Part shown: piece after piece, positions 39,114 to 51,785 of the stretch
Numbering within the stretch: position 1 is the first letter of the stretch
How the letters are laid out: every line of letters begins with the position of its first letter
Source of the DNA: Tricharina praecox
Taxonomy: Eukaryota
DNA: 64,000 nucleotides
Direction: 5' to 3'
Assembly (NCBI RefSeq): GCF_024521635.1
Contig: NW_026250407.1
Coordinates: forward strand, 1,240,001-1,304,000
Translations under genes and position numbers: made by a program
Notes under the pieces: generated by a model
Seen by the model: only the letters and a program-made list of their open reading frames with translations
Told to the model about the DNA's origin: nothing
Databases searched by the model: none

Positions 39114-40570
39114 CCTCCCTTGCCTCCTCCCCGACGCTTCCTAGTCCCAGTCCCGTTGTCTGTGTAGAACCCAATGTATTAGCTGCATATTGATGGGACA
39201 GGCAGAGATTTCGAAGCAATTGTTGTGGGTTGGATACCAACTGGCAACTTACGTCCCCGAAGGGAGGGGGGGAAACTATTCCCCCCACTGTGGTACGTTC
39301 CCCGAAGGGAGGGGGGAAATCATTCGCCCCGATGCCGGCGCGAACCCCGGTTGGTTATCGGCAGCGACGACGGGCCGCGGCTGCGTATAACGGCCCTCAT
39401 GGGGCTGGTCAGTGGCCGCTGAGACGCACTCAGACAACATCTGGTCGAACTGGTTGGTTAGCTACATAAGCCGCGGTAGTGATACGAAGTGGCAACTTAC
39501 CTCCCCGAAGGGTTGGGGGAAATCATACCCCCAAAGCACCCCGATAGCAAAGTCGAAACGATTCGGTCGATCAAGAAGTAGAATTTCTAATCCGGGTGTC
39601 GTCTACTTCTTGTTGCGGACCCAGCAGGTCATGATCGGCGGGCGCTGCGGGCCATCTCCCATGAGTGAGTCGGCCTGGTCCGCGGGGGTAGCATCACTAG
39701 TGGCCCTGCCCTTGCCACGCATCTTGGGGGTCTGCTTCTTGAGGAGGCGGTGGATCGTGTCCATCTATTCAAGAATAAGGTTAGTCAATATTGAGAGGAA
39801 AGAAGAAGAGAATTATCACCTTCTCCTCTTCCAGTTTCTGGTCGGTGAGGTTCTTGCGGCGGCGAGCCATTTCAGCCCTCCTGAGCTCCTGCCCTTGGGC
39901 AGAGAGCGTCACCGCCTTATTGGCGCGCGGCTTTTCTGTCCAGAAGTCAGTAGAGAAAGTCGAACCAGAAACCGGATTCATACCGAAAGTACTCGGGAGC
40001 TCCAGCAGTTCTGCGGTGGTGATGTCTCCCATTCTGGTGAGCTGACGGTTGGTCAAGCGGCTCATGTCTGGCGTACCAGTCCTGCTCAAAAGTTGGGGGT
40101 GGTTCCATCGTCATCGGAATCCATCAGCTCATCGTCGGTCTCCCCTTCGGCATCGTCGTCTCCGTTATCATCGTCGTCGGATTCTTCCTGGATGATCTTT
40201 CTGCCACGGGGGAAACAATTCCCCCCACTGTGGTAAGGTCCCCCGAAGGGAGGGGGGAAATCATTCCCCCCGATGCCGGTGCGATCCCCGGCTAGTTACT
40301 GGCAGCGTCGACGGGCCGCGGCTGCGTAAAACTGCCCTCATGGGGCTGATGCTGGCCACTGGCCGTTTGGTGAAATTGTTGATGGTGGCTAATGTCGATG
40401 TTGATGTATGTGTTGAGGATAGCGAGAGGAGAGAGAGCGGAGAGGGGGAAGAGAGGAGCCTTTTATAAGAAAGTGGGTGCGGCTTGGTGCGGACTGTGTC
40501 GCCGGTGCGGCTGGTGCGAGTTGGTGTGGCCGGTGCGGAGCCCGCATCCCCACACACGCTGGAGAACTAG
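39114..40570 (-). repeat. Left arm of ~1.45-kb inverted repeat (partner 57928-59381)
   Basis: The reverse complement matches 57928-59381, and the mirrored ORFs are identical apart from a one-codon indel and few substitutions. Confidence 0.95.
39603..40203 (-). pseudogene. IES2: Fragment of INO80 subunit Ies2 (PAPA-1 domain), copy in element A
   Basis: Mirror of 58295-58892: RRAEMARRRKNLTDQKLEEEK|intron|MDTIHRLLKKQTPK. Confidence 0.8.
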
Positions 40571-40784
40571 GTAACAGTGTCAAACTTTAGTCGGCCACAT
40601 ACGTCGGCACGAATAAGGTTTCGTGGTGGAAGGTCGAAACCGAGTCTTGACGGCCGCGACGAAGTGTCGACGAGCATATGGTTACGCGGCAGCGGCGAAC
40701 TTTAGGCGGCACTTTAAGAAAGCGGGTACGACTTGGTGTGGCTAGTGCTGATCTTGCATCTCCGCACGAGAACTAGGTAACAGT

Positions 40785-41289
40785 AGGTACATACCTCGAG
40801 CGTCGAATCCTTCATCCACCACATCAGATTTGCGTGCAGCTTCGCAGTTCGAAACCTCCATGGATTATGGATACCGACCAGTCCCCCTTCCAGCTTGACA
40901 CTGTGAAGGTACCTACATACTACATAGCCCGCCGATTATTATCTTATCTTCTCACCTCACGATTTGGCCGGCTATCAAGTAACATACTACCTACATGTAG
41001 GCGGGTATATTGTCTTTTTCGCCGTGTGCCTTCACTGGCTCTCACTCGCCACTCTACTCTACACACCCAGGCCCCTAGTCCAAATCCAGTCCCGTCCATC
41101 ACTATCACCATCGGCCAACTGCGATCCACCCGGCGGCGTGTGGAGTGAACAGATGAGCAAGTTTATTTCTCCCCTTTTTGCCGCCGACGTATGGTGAAGA
41201 TACCTGGATAGAACGGTCATTTATTCCGCATCCCTGACAGACAGCGGAAGAAAAGAAAACGTGCTCAAACGAGCGCATTGAATTTTGTA
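40785..41289 (+). repeat. 505-bp direct repeat, copy 1 (partner 57213-57717)
   Basis: Appears identical at offset 16428; ORFs 40834/57262 and 40964/57392 are identical. Confidence 0.95.
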
Positions 41290-41822
41290 CTGCTTGGCGG
41301 TTGGGTGTGGTGGGGCCGGGGGATGTCGGTGGGGACCTAGAGGGGGGACTCTGGATTGGGGCTCAAATTTGCACGAACAGCCGCTGCCGGCGGAACGTTT
41401 TATTTCTATGTCTTCGCTCGCCAAAGTATACTGCACCGACTCCGGGCAGCCCTATGTACGTCCGTCCGACGCCACGTCTGGCATGCAATGCTTACATACA
41501 TACACCTGGATGAATTGCATCCGTGGGAGTAAAAGAAGTTGCATTAGGCACCTAGTTCGGTATTCCTATTTCAACTAGCCGGCAATTACCGGTGAGATGC
41601 TGGAGGGGAGGGGGGACGCATATGCGCTGGTTTCGTGCGCATAAACACGACCGATTAGGCTGCTATTCGAGCTCAATCGACCGCGACCCTCAACCCTCAA
41701 CCCGCGCAGATAGTCTTTGAATGGTCGGCCAAATATATTCCCACGACTTCCCCGGCAACCTCGTAGACTTGCATCCGTCCGTCACGACAAACCAACGACC
41801 ATCAACAGCAACAATAACCGAA

Positions 41823-43804
41823 ATGAGTCTCCACGACCTATCGGAACGGCACTCGTCAACCCACACGGGCGGGGATGGCAAAGGGACCGGAACCTGGCAC
41901 TGGGGATACGGCTGGCAAACAGTGCCGTGTGTGGGCGTCGAGGCGTACTGTGGGTACATGGATTTGTACTTTAACATGCACGATCTGACCATGCTATACA
42001 CGTACGTACCTGCGGTTGTTTGTCTCCCCCGTGGGGTTGGATGCAACTGACATGGGGGGTGTGATCAAGGTTTTTCCTGTGGTGGGTTGTCGCTGGCCTT
42101 GTTCTCGCGGTTGGGGCGTTACGATTCTGGGCGAGGAGAAAGAGCGCGGCTGGGACAGTGGATGTGGAGGGTCGCAGATGTGGAAAAGGAGGTGTGGTGA
42201 AGGCGCTCCGTGCGAGTATTGTCGCGGCGAGGAGGAGGGGACTGAGGCAGGGGTTTTTACTGGGGACGTTTAAGGGCGTGACGAGGGTTCAGATCACGGT
42301 CTTGGTTATGGTGGTGATATACCTTGCTATATTCTCGTTTGTGCCCCGATTATTCTACTCCAGCGTGGAGTAGTACCTACCGATGGCTGAACGTTGCGAG
42401 GACAGTTTCATCGGCGGGACGTACAACAAAGTAATCCAGGAAGCTACAAAGAAGCGTACCGAACTCGGCTGGTGGTCTAATCGGGTCGGCTCGCTCGCCT
42501 TCGCGCTGACGCCGCTGACACTGATCCTCTCGATGCGGGAGAACATCTTCTCGCTGATCACCGGAATTCCGCACCAGCACTTCAACTTCATGCACCGGGT
42601 CCTTGGCTGGATCATCTTCGCACAGAGCCTTCTTCACACAATCGGCTGGACAGTCGTGCAGGGTTACTTCTTCGAGCCACAGACGCAGCCGCAGTATCTG
42701 GCGATCCAGTGGAAGGAGCGCTACTACAAGTGGGGGTTCGTCGCGCAGATGCTCCTGGCGTTTCTGTGGGTCGGGAGTCTATCCCCGGTCGTGCGGAGGA
42801 TCGGCCACGAGGCGTTCCGGAAGAGCCACTATGTCCTAGCCGTGTTGTACCTGGGCGGCTGCTGGGGCCACTGGCCGGAGATGAAGGAGTGGATGATTGC
42901 CAGTATCGTGGTGTTTTTTTTCGATCGCGGGTGCAGGTTTCTCCGGATCACGCTCATTCACTGCGGGATGAAATCCAAGACTGCCGGCTTTGGGTTCAAG
43001 TACGCGGCTGCTAAGACCGTGACGGAAACGGACGCCGATGGGACACATGTCGTCGTGTTGAGACTCCTCGCGAAGCCGCTGCACTACGTTCCCGGCCAGC
43101 ACTTCTTCCTCACGTTCCCGAGTATCACCCTTCTACAGTCGCACCCGTTCACCCCCGCTGTCGTCAATGGCCACGAGCAGGTGTACGTGATCGTCGGGAT
43201 GGCAGGAGAAACGGGCCGATTAGTGGAAGCGGCACGAGCCGGAAGTGAAGGGGGACTACCAGTGATTCTATGTGGACCGTACGGTTCCCCGCGGGTGATC
43301 GACAATGGCGCGGAAAACTTCCTACTCGTGGCAGGAGGAACAGGAGTATCATTTACACTTCCCCTACTGGCGGCTTTGGTCGAGAAGAAGACAGCCGGAA
43401 AGCTCCACTTCGTGTGGATCATCCGCCGACTAGAGAATCTGGCCTGGATCCGTGCAGAGCTATTAGCATTAATCGATACGGCACTCAACAGTAAGCTTAC
43501 GCTTCAGGTGGTTATTTATATCACCAGAGATGGCGAGGCGGTGGCCCCGACGTTGAGCGAGACAGATAGTACGCATGGACTGGAGAAGTATGCTGCCTAT
43601 GGCCGTCCTATGTGCAAGGAAGTTGTGGCGGCGTTTAGGGAGAGTACCGCTGGTGGCGGTAGATCCCAGGTGCTAGCAAGTGGGCCTGCAGGAATGGGGA
43701 GGGAATTGAGGGACGCAGTCGCAGAATCAAACGACGCAGCGAAGGTGTGGAGGGGTCAGGAAGCGTCGGATGTGGGCCTGTACTGGGATAGCCGGTATTG
43801 GTGA
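41823..43804 (+). CDS. Ferric/cupric reductase-like transmembrane flavocytochrome (FRE/NOX family)
   Basis: Heme His pairs (HRVLG...LLHT; SHY...WGH), HPFT FAD motif, GPYG, AGGTG NADPH motif. Introns ~42002-42069 and ~42336-42405. Start is ATG 41823 (alternative 41721). Confidence 0.88.
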
Positions 43805-45155
43805 GGAGTTTGGGATTTTTCTTTTGGACTCTAGTTTAATGCTGTGATGACGGATTGCGGGAATTCATTTTGTGTCGTGGAGACAATGCGAACTACGAAG
43901 GTACCGTGAACGTAGCAGATCGGATGGCCATGGGTTTTTGTTGTCCAATGAATAGAAACAGTGCTTTTTCCCACTGTATTCCTCACTCGTTGTGAATACC
44001 CAGCCAAAGCCTTCATCCAAACATGAAATCTCACCCACTTTTAGATGCCATTCGCGCAGTTCGTCTCCCTTGCATCACCACGTCGACCAGTAACCCGCCA
44101 CCCAGAATTGGACACGGCTGAATGTAAAAGGATAAAACAAAAAACCACTATCTAGCCATCGAGCCTAGGTTGGAGACAACGTGGACAAGAAATCATCTTG
44201 ATAAATTGCAACTTTCACATTATAAATACAGGTGGGGTAATAATATGTAGCTGTTAACCATCGGTGACCGAGGCGCGCAAGTCCGCCACGAAAAAGAATA
44301 TAACACAATCTAGAGAGATTCGGGGTTTGGGAGCACGAAGGTGGGTGATGGACAGAAGCCGCTTGTGGCTGACAACCGTTGATGGACCTCCGCTCGCGTG
44401 GCGTTCCCGATACTTGGGCAAGCAAGGCAGTTTTATAGCACAGTCGGGCTAATGATAGCCTAAACGTACCAATCCGAATATTCATGGTCAGGCGCCACGC
44501 TTGGCCTCAAAAGTCACCGTCAAAATCAAGTCATCTGTGCCCCTCGCTGTTTCTAGAACCCATATCGTCCGAGGATAAGCTTCTGACAACGACCAAGATG
44601 CAGCATGCAGGGCGATGAGATGAGCGAAGTCGCACTGCCTGAGAAGAAATGCGGAGTGTAGCTGCCTTGGAATAGGTATTCCCCGGTGTACCAATACTGA
44701 CTGACAACATCTTTGCATAGCCCCCCATAGGTACCCGACTGTAGCCTGGGAGTTGACAATGACAAAATCGGAAGGTATCTGGGTTCCAAGAGCTGCTCCT
44801 AGAGTTCTTCACAGACTCCGTCTCTCGAGATCTAGGGATTTGATCCTGTACTGATGGTCACGTAAACAGGTAAACAGGTATTATCATTCGGATTGGACAG
44901 CATCGGAGGAACCGGAGGTAGAATTGCCGGTGATTGTCCAAGATCATCCTAAGTAACCTATATTCCCCCGATAGCGAAAGCAATAACTGCCGGACGCGCG
45001 TGTCCCTTTTGTGTAGCAAACTATTCGAGTAGTCAGAGGCGTCCAGAGCCGAGACGAGAAGCCAAAGCCAAACTCACCCGAAAGCAAAAACCATAAACGC
45101 CAGACTTTTTTGCCGTGCAAACGACAGAACGCGATTCCGCCTCTTTTTCCTCCGC

Positions 45156-45464
45156 TCACATCCCTTTCAATTGATCCAGCAAGTCTTCGACGTTCCCGCT
45201 CTTCTTCTTCTCTTCCTTCTTATCCACGGCCGAGTCCACCTCCATATCCTTCGTCGGCTCCACAAGATCAAACTTTTTGCCGCTTTTCCCACTAAGCAGT
45301 CCCTCACTCACAAGGATAGTGTCCAGGTCATCGGCGAGCAGCGAGTTTTTGTGTTTGATAGATTTAGCACTAGCCTTCGACTTCTTGTTGACGCGGGCGT
45401 TGTGAGTTCTGGTGGATCCAAGAGCCGCGGAGAACTTTTGCGGAGCGGTTTTGCGGCCGGCCAT
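45156..45464 (-). CDS. Small hypothetical protein (102 aa), basic N-terminus and acidic C-terminus
   Basis: Clean ATG-to-stop ORF with protein-like composition; family not recognised. Confidence 0.6.
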   Translation of the reverse strand: MAGRKTAPQKFSAALGSTRTHNARVNKKSKASAKSIKHKNSLLADDLDTILVSEGLLSGKSGKKFDLVEPTKDMEVDSAVDKKEEKKKSGNVEDLLDQLKGM

Positions 45465-48056
45465 TGTGCGATGCTGTGAGTGAGATTGGTGCCGCGTTGG
45501 TGAGGTGAAGTGGGGTGTAACTTAGAGTGGGAGGCGTAGCAAGTCCAGTTACACACGCGTGACGACAAGCTTTGGCTGGCCAAGACCACTAGCTTGTGGT
45601 TAGCGTGAACCTAAGATTGGAGCTATTTAGCGAGTGAGATTGTGTGAGGCTTCGTGTTTTTGGTTCCGGAGGCTAGTTAATTAACAAGGCACGCCTCATA
45701 GTTTCGAGTATGGAGAAGACGGCAGTCAGGTCCCAGTCGCAATATATCTACCTCGGCATGGCCATTTGCGCATTCATCCCAGCCACATGTGCTACAGCTA
45801 CGATTTCAATATGCATTCCGCATCAGCAGCCAAGGTGGATTTCACTCATGGTGGTATTTCGTGAATCCACAGTTGAGAATGATGCATGCATGCAGATCGT
45901 TTTCGGAGCCTCGGCACTGACAAAATGTGCCGTCAACACCCTATGGGGTGGTAACTGAAGACACTTCAGTGGCTGAGTGAAAGAACTGACATAAGTGGCA
46001 GAGTGTCTCTCCGATATCACAGCTACCGCCTAATACAGTAGTTCTAGGGCTACTATATACTATGACAGTATTAGACGTTAATCTGCTCTCGTAAATTCTG
46101 GACATTGGTACACTCAGGCATTTGCCTACTCTCAGTTCAATATGACTTTCGAACATTCATTATCATCTGTTTGGTGAGCTCGAGTTGACAATTATTCCTC
46201 TTTATAGGTTCTATGATATATTTCTCCATATGCGATATGAATTATGTCTTTAGAAGTCAACAATCTGCTGGATATACTCTACTGCACGAGTGAGACCTGT
46301 GAGGCACATACTTTGAAGAGCCGTCCGCCAGCCGTCCTCCAGCCGCGGCCAGCCGCGGCCAGTTTCTACGTGCATATCTTCTGGAAGCCAAATTCCCGAT
46401 CTTCTCCGCCACAATTTTACGTATCCGGCATTCCATTGCTGGTCATGAGGTCCTCAACTAGGAGCTGAAGCGCTGTGTCGATAACCGCAGCGATCCACTG
46501 CCAAACTCCCCCGCTATTGATATTCCTACAGGGCCCAGCGATACCGAATATAAACTAAGTATATACGGAGATATAGGCACATAAGATATGTACATGGACG
46601 TTGGAGTCCGGTAGTGGATGTCCCGCCATTCCCATGCCTGTTCCGGAGTTCTGGGTAGGATTATAGTAGCTGTGCATATGGTTGTGGAGAAACCCTGTAT
46701 AATAACGTCCTACTCTAGTGTAACCCCTCCCCAAAAAGCAGATGAAAGTTTTAGATACAGACGTCGCTGGCTGGAGGGACCATCGGGCTTTTTCCGCGTC
46801 AGGAACTAAACTGTTAATATGTTCGGTTGTGGAGGCTGCGGCGACCGAGTGATTTCCAGTGGAACGCTGTCCTCCGGCCTCAGATGACGAAACGTCATGT
46901 GTTGGACTGCGCAATCGGCGACAAAGCGACGATTCGGACCTGCATCCAGCCACTATCTATATTAGTAGTCCCGATCTCCGACCCACACCAATCTCTGTAT
47001 GATGTCTCATCCCGCCCAAGACCTGACCTCGGATTGCAGCATCAGAACGTTCCTAGCGTATTGGAACGTGGTTGGGACAGCGGTAAACATGACGCCCAGA
47101 CAAGTGTTTCCTAACCCGAGGAGACCTTTCCTCAATGACCGAGCGAATATCTAGCACCTTGTACGAAGTCTCTATATCTGGCTTCTAGGTCAGTCAATCA
47201 TGCCCCGCACATTGACGTGGATTTCCCCACCATGGTGGCCGCAAACCCTAGATGATCGGAATTCCTCATTGCAATTAATCGCATGCCAGAGTAATTTTTC
47301 CTATACATCTCATTGCTCAACAGCTGACTGATGATGCCTCGAGATGCGACCTACTGATGGACCGCCGCAGTATCGAGCCCCGCCATTTCTCTGCATTCAC
47401 CAACGGAACGGATTTCGTTTTCGCTTTTTCCCAGTGGGGCTCCCGGATGGTCGGTGCGCGGTGGTGATCTCCGAAAATACATAGTGAACCCAGGTCGCGG
47501 GGATCGACAGGGGGCCGTGACCGGAGCTTTTTGATCCCCTGATCTCCCTGTTAACTTTGATGATATGTATCGCGCCGAGGTTCTTTACCCTGCACTCACC
47601 GTACATCACCCACCCACCCTTAACGAGAAACAAGATGTCTTATCCAAATCCTTCAGATTAATACCTACGATATCGAAAAAACCATTCCCGGATCGACGAC
47701 ACCACAAGGATCCATCTTGCGGGGAGAGTGCACGGTGTCACCGAGGCTCACGGTAGCCGTCGCCTACGTTTGAGGGCTTTGCTTGCGGCCGGTGATATTG
47801 ACCGACGCCGAAGCTGGGGGGGTATGAAACGTACCTTTACCAGATCGCAAGGCTTTTGCAATATGTTTTTTCTTCTTGGAGGCGATAAAATTCAGAGAGC
47901 AATACATAAACACAGACGTCCACCCGGTTGGATTTCTGGACGTCAAGCGGATCTGCCTGCCTTCCATTCATTCTCTTGTTTGTCCATTCACTCCTTAGCA
48001 TTTGTGTTTTCCATCGAAAGATCCCGGTGATATTGATTCGGCTATCTAGTGCCATC

Positions 48057-51000
48057 ATGAAGCTCTCTGCATTATTACTTCTTACAGCGCTGCAGCTAGC
48101 AGTTGGTAGGCCTCAAGACGGCCATGATCACGAACATACGACCACTACTCAGACCCCGACGGTGAGCGGTACTGAACCGTCTACTACTCGGACTCCGACG
48201 GCGAGCGGTACTGAACCGGCAACAGTACCTTCGCCAATTGGAGCAGCTCCCAGCGATTGCAAAGCCATCTCCACCGACTCGACATGGCCTACTGTCTCGG
48301 TTTGGACTGCTGCTCTTCCCGGTATCGAGGCCAAGCATGTGGAGGATGTCGGGCGGCCGGACTACTTCTACACGGCGACAAATGCGACAGGCGTTCAGGC
48401 TGCAGTCAAGTTTGCTGCCGCGAACAACCTGCGATTGGTAGTCGTCAACAGTGGACATGATTTCCTGGGAAGGTTGGCTGGTTACCGTTGTCCTTCATTG
48501 TTCCCAAATGACTTGTCGCTAACGCAATGCAGGAATGATGCCCCCTCGGGATTGAGCCTTGATATTAGCAAGTTGACTGGTGTAAATGTTCTTACATCTT
48601 TCACTCCCGGAACCACCGGTGCCACTAGCCCCAGCCCATCTGCTGCCGCCAACGTGGTTAAGCCTGTCGCTGGCCAGCAGGCAGCTGTTACTTTCGGTGC
48701 CGGAGTGAGTACGCAGGCCTTAAACGACGCCATTGCCGCTTCTGGACTCTTCACGCTTGGTGCTGCTCACGGTGAGCTCTCCCACGAACCCCATGTCTCT
48801 CTCTATTTCGTCGTTGACAGGAAACAGGTAGTGTCAAGACCGCCGGAGGATGGGGACAGGCTGGTGGTCATGCACCACTCTCTAGCAAGTATGGTCTCGG
48901 CGTGGACCAGGTTTTGGAGTACAAGGTCGTCACCGCGGACGGCAAACTGGTCATCGCCAACTCCAAGACGAATACCGATCTTTTCTGGGCCCTGAGGGGA
49001 GGAGGAGGATCCACATTCGGTGTGGTCGTCGAAGCCACCGTGAAGGCGTACCCATCACCCACGGTCACTGTGACGAACTGGTGGATCAATGCCACCGATG
49101 CCGCAAACCCCGGCCAGGGATTCTGGGACGCCGCCGCCTACCTTCACAGCCAGTTCCCAGCGCTCAATGCCAAGGGCGTCCAGGGGTACTACTATGTCTA
49201 CCCAGCCGCCATGAAGGGTATCTTTCTCACCGCCGACACTGACGCCGGAGAGGCCATCTCCAAGGCTCTCTGGGACCCTGTCCTTACGAAGCTCGGATCG
49301 TACTCCGGTATGTTCAATGCTACCATCAAATTTAACGACTACGCCAACTACAAGGCGTACTTTGATGCCCGCTTTGGGGCCGAGCATGACGATGGCGGAC
49401 ATGAGCACAAGAGGTGGTTGGAGAAGAGACACGGCGATATGACCGAGCCCATGGGAATCACCCCCATGGATAGCCGTCTCCTGGGACAAACCGCCCTACA
49501 GAGCACCGGCTTGGCTGCCGCCCTCAAGGCTGCCATGCCCCAGGTTCCCGATGGACAGCTCCGTGGTCATCTTGTCGGTGGTGGAAAGGTTATGACGTCG
49601 ACCGAGGACACTTCCGTCCTTCCCGCGTGGCGAAAGGCCTACGTCCATCTCATCGGAACCGGTGTTGGACTCGTCAAGACCGACTCCCTCAGGACCTTGG
49701 CTCCCGACATGGGTGCATACGTCAACGAGGCGTCCTCCACCAACCCCAACTGGAAGACCGACTTCTGGGGGACCAACTACGCAAAGCTCTCGACGATCAA
49801 GACCAAGTACGATCCCACGGGCGTCTTCTGGGCCACTCCCGGGATCAACGCGGACCAATGGGCCGTCAAGGACGGCCGTCTCTGCAAGTCCACAACGTCT
49901 TCCGATGCCGTGGCTCCCGCCAACGACAACAAGAACTACGCCACGCGCGGCTCCTCCAACGAGGACATCCTGTCCGCCTTCCCCGGAACCTCAACCGCCC
50001 CCGGCCATGACCACGGTGATGAGGGCGAGAACTGCGAGGAGGATCCGCACTCTGGACACGACGAGATCCCCGCGGGTTTCATCCAGGAGCCCGACCTCGA
50101 CTATCGGCAGACGCCTACCACTCCCGGCGCCACCTTCACCAAGACCCGCCATGGCCCCTATAACATGGACGCCATGGGCATGATCGCGAACCGCCCCATC
50201 ATCAGCCCGCAGAAGCCGTGCAGCAATTGCTACGTCGTTGCGCTCCAGGCCGGACTCGAGTACGCCGATGGCACCCCTGCGAACGTCGATACCGGCGCGT
50301 GGCTCCATCATATGGTCCTCGTCAACGCCGGCACCGGAAAGTATGATCTCGTCTGTGGACGTCCGTCCCCGAAGCGTCTGTATGCCGCCGGTAACGAGCG
50401 CACCACGTCCCGTATCAACGGCTCGGGCAAGTACGGATTGGCCATCGCTTCTTCGGATAGGCTCATGATGATCATGGAGTTGATGAACGAGTCTAACGTC
50501 GCAATGACCGTGTACCTGACCATGGTAAGCCCTCCTTCTCCTCTGAGATCCCCCCATCCGACTTCAAACTGACAAATAAAGACCTACGAGTGGATCCCGA
50601 TGTCCACATCCGGCTACAAAGAAGCGCACACGGCCTGGCTCGACGTCGGCAACTGCGGGGGCTCCGACGTGCCAGCAAAGGAGGGCGTATTCGAGCTCAA
50701 GTCCAACGGGTGGCGGTCCACCGTTGCGGGCCGGCTGCTATTCGCGAGCGGGCACGTGCACGACGGCGGGCACGAGACAGCGATCTTGCTCAACGGAAAG
50801 GAGATCTGCGTGTCGCGCCAGCTGTACGGGATGAAGCCCGGCTATACCGTGCCCGAGGGCGGCCTTCCTGGCGGCAGCGGCCATGACGACGGCGGACATG
50901 GACATGAAGCTTCGAAACATATCTCGACCTCGGGCATCTGCAAGGACTATGGCACTGTTAATGTTGGTGATACCTTAACCGTTGTGGCGAGGTATAATAC

Positions 51001-51082
51001 TACCATGCACCCGCTCATGCCTGGACATGATGGTACGCCGCATCCGATTATGGGTATCTCAAGGACGTACATCGGACCGTAG
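48057..51082 (+). CDS. Secreted FAD-linked (BBE/VAO-type) oxidoreductase fused to a C-terminal putative copper-monooxygenase-like domain
   Basis: Signal peptide; NSGHDFLGR, DLFWALRGGGGSTFGVV, AYVNEA...FWGTNYAKL..IKTKYDP. The same exon runs without a stop into a domain with WLHHMV, GNERT, GHVHDGG and HPIMG. Introns 48473-48532, 48772-48827, 50525-50581. Confidence 0.85.
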
Positions 51083-51178
51083 GGTGTGGGTTGGGGGTAG
51101 CGGGGCTGTTGAACAGCTGGTTGACATTGAGGTTTTGATATTTCTTTTGTGTGACTGGAATTGATTGGCATTCGAGTT

Positions 51179-51209
<31 letters not shown>

Positions 51210-51785
51210 GGATTGTTCATATGTATGTAGGGGGAGACTTCAATCAATAACTACTCAGTCGAATAGGGCTGGTTCGAATGATTCCATGTTGAGGTGCTCC
51301 GCGATGCTTTGAATAATCTTCCCAGAGATGAAGCGTGAAGGTGATACTCCGGCTCAATCATTACCCCCCTCCCCCAGCCGTTTGCTCGTAGGATCCCGTT
51401 GAAGTCTCGAGTCTTGAGTCGGTTATAACCGTTGCAGATCGGAAGTCACTACCGTCGAGTTCGACAACCGGGCCATCCGAGCACCCGCCATGATATGGAG
51501 AAACACAAGTCTTTAGGTATCGTAAAGTACATCATTTTAAGCAGCCATCAGATCATCACAAGTGAGTAGTAGTTACAGCGAAAGAAATCTCGAGTATCGC
51601 CTCCTTTCCCCCACATTATGAAGTAATTCCCAGAAAACGCCGCCGCCAGAATAAAGGAAAAAAACGTAAACATTGATTTCGTAACCATCATTTCATGTTT
51701 CATTCGTAACTTCATTTTCTACCTCCATCCCCCCTAATAGTTATTCGTTCGTGGGTCGATACGTGTATGTAGGTATGCTATTCGC

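Larger units (their letters stand above)
37950..40780 (-). mobile_element. Modular gene-fragment-carrying repeat element, copy A
   Basis: Upstream module (40576-40780), TATA leader (TATAAAAGG, 40467 to 40459), palindrome/intron units (donors at 39500, 39252, 38886, 38728), IES2 fragment and shared tail module (~37960-38200). Boundaries are approximate and mobility is inferred. Confidence 0.65.

Noticed and set aside
39412..40236. 274-aa ORF (and its 273-aa twin at 58262-59083) as a real gene
   Set aside because: It is the antisense shadow of the IES2 fragment and repeat unit, with no recognisable protein features.
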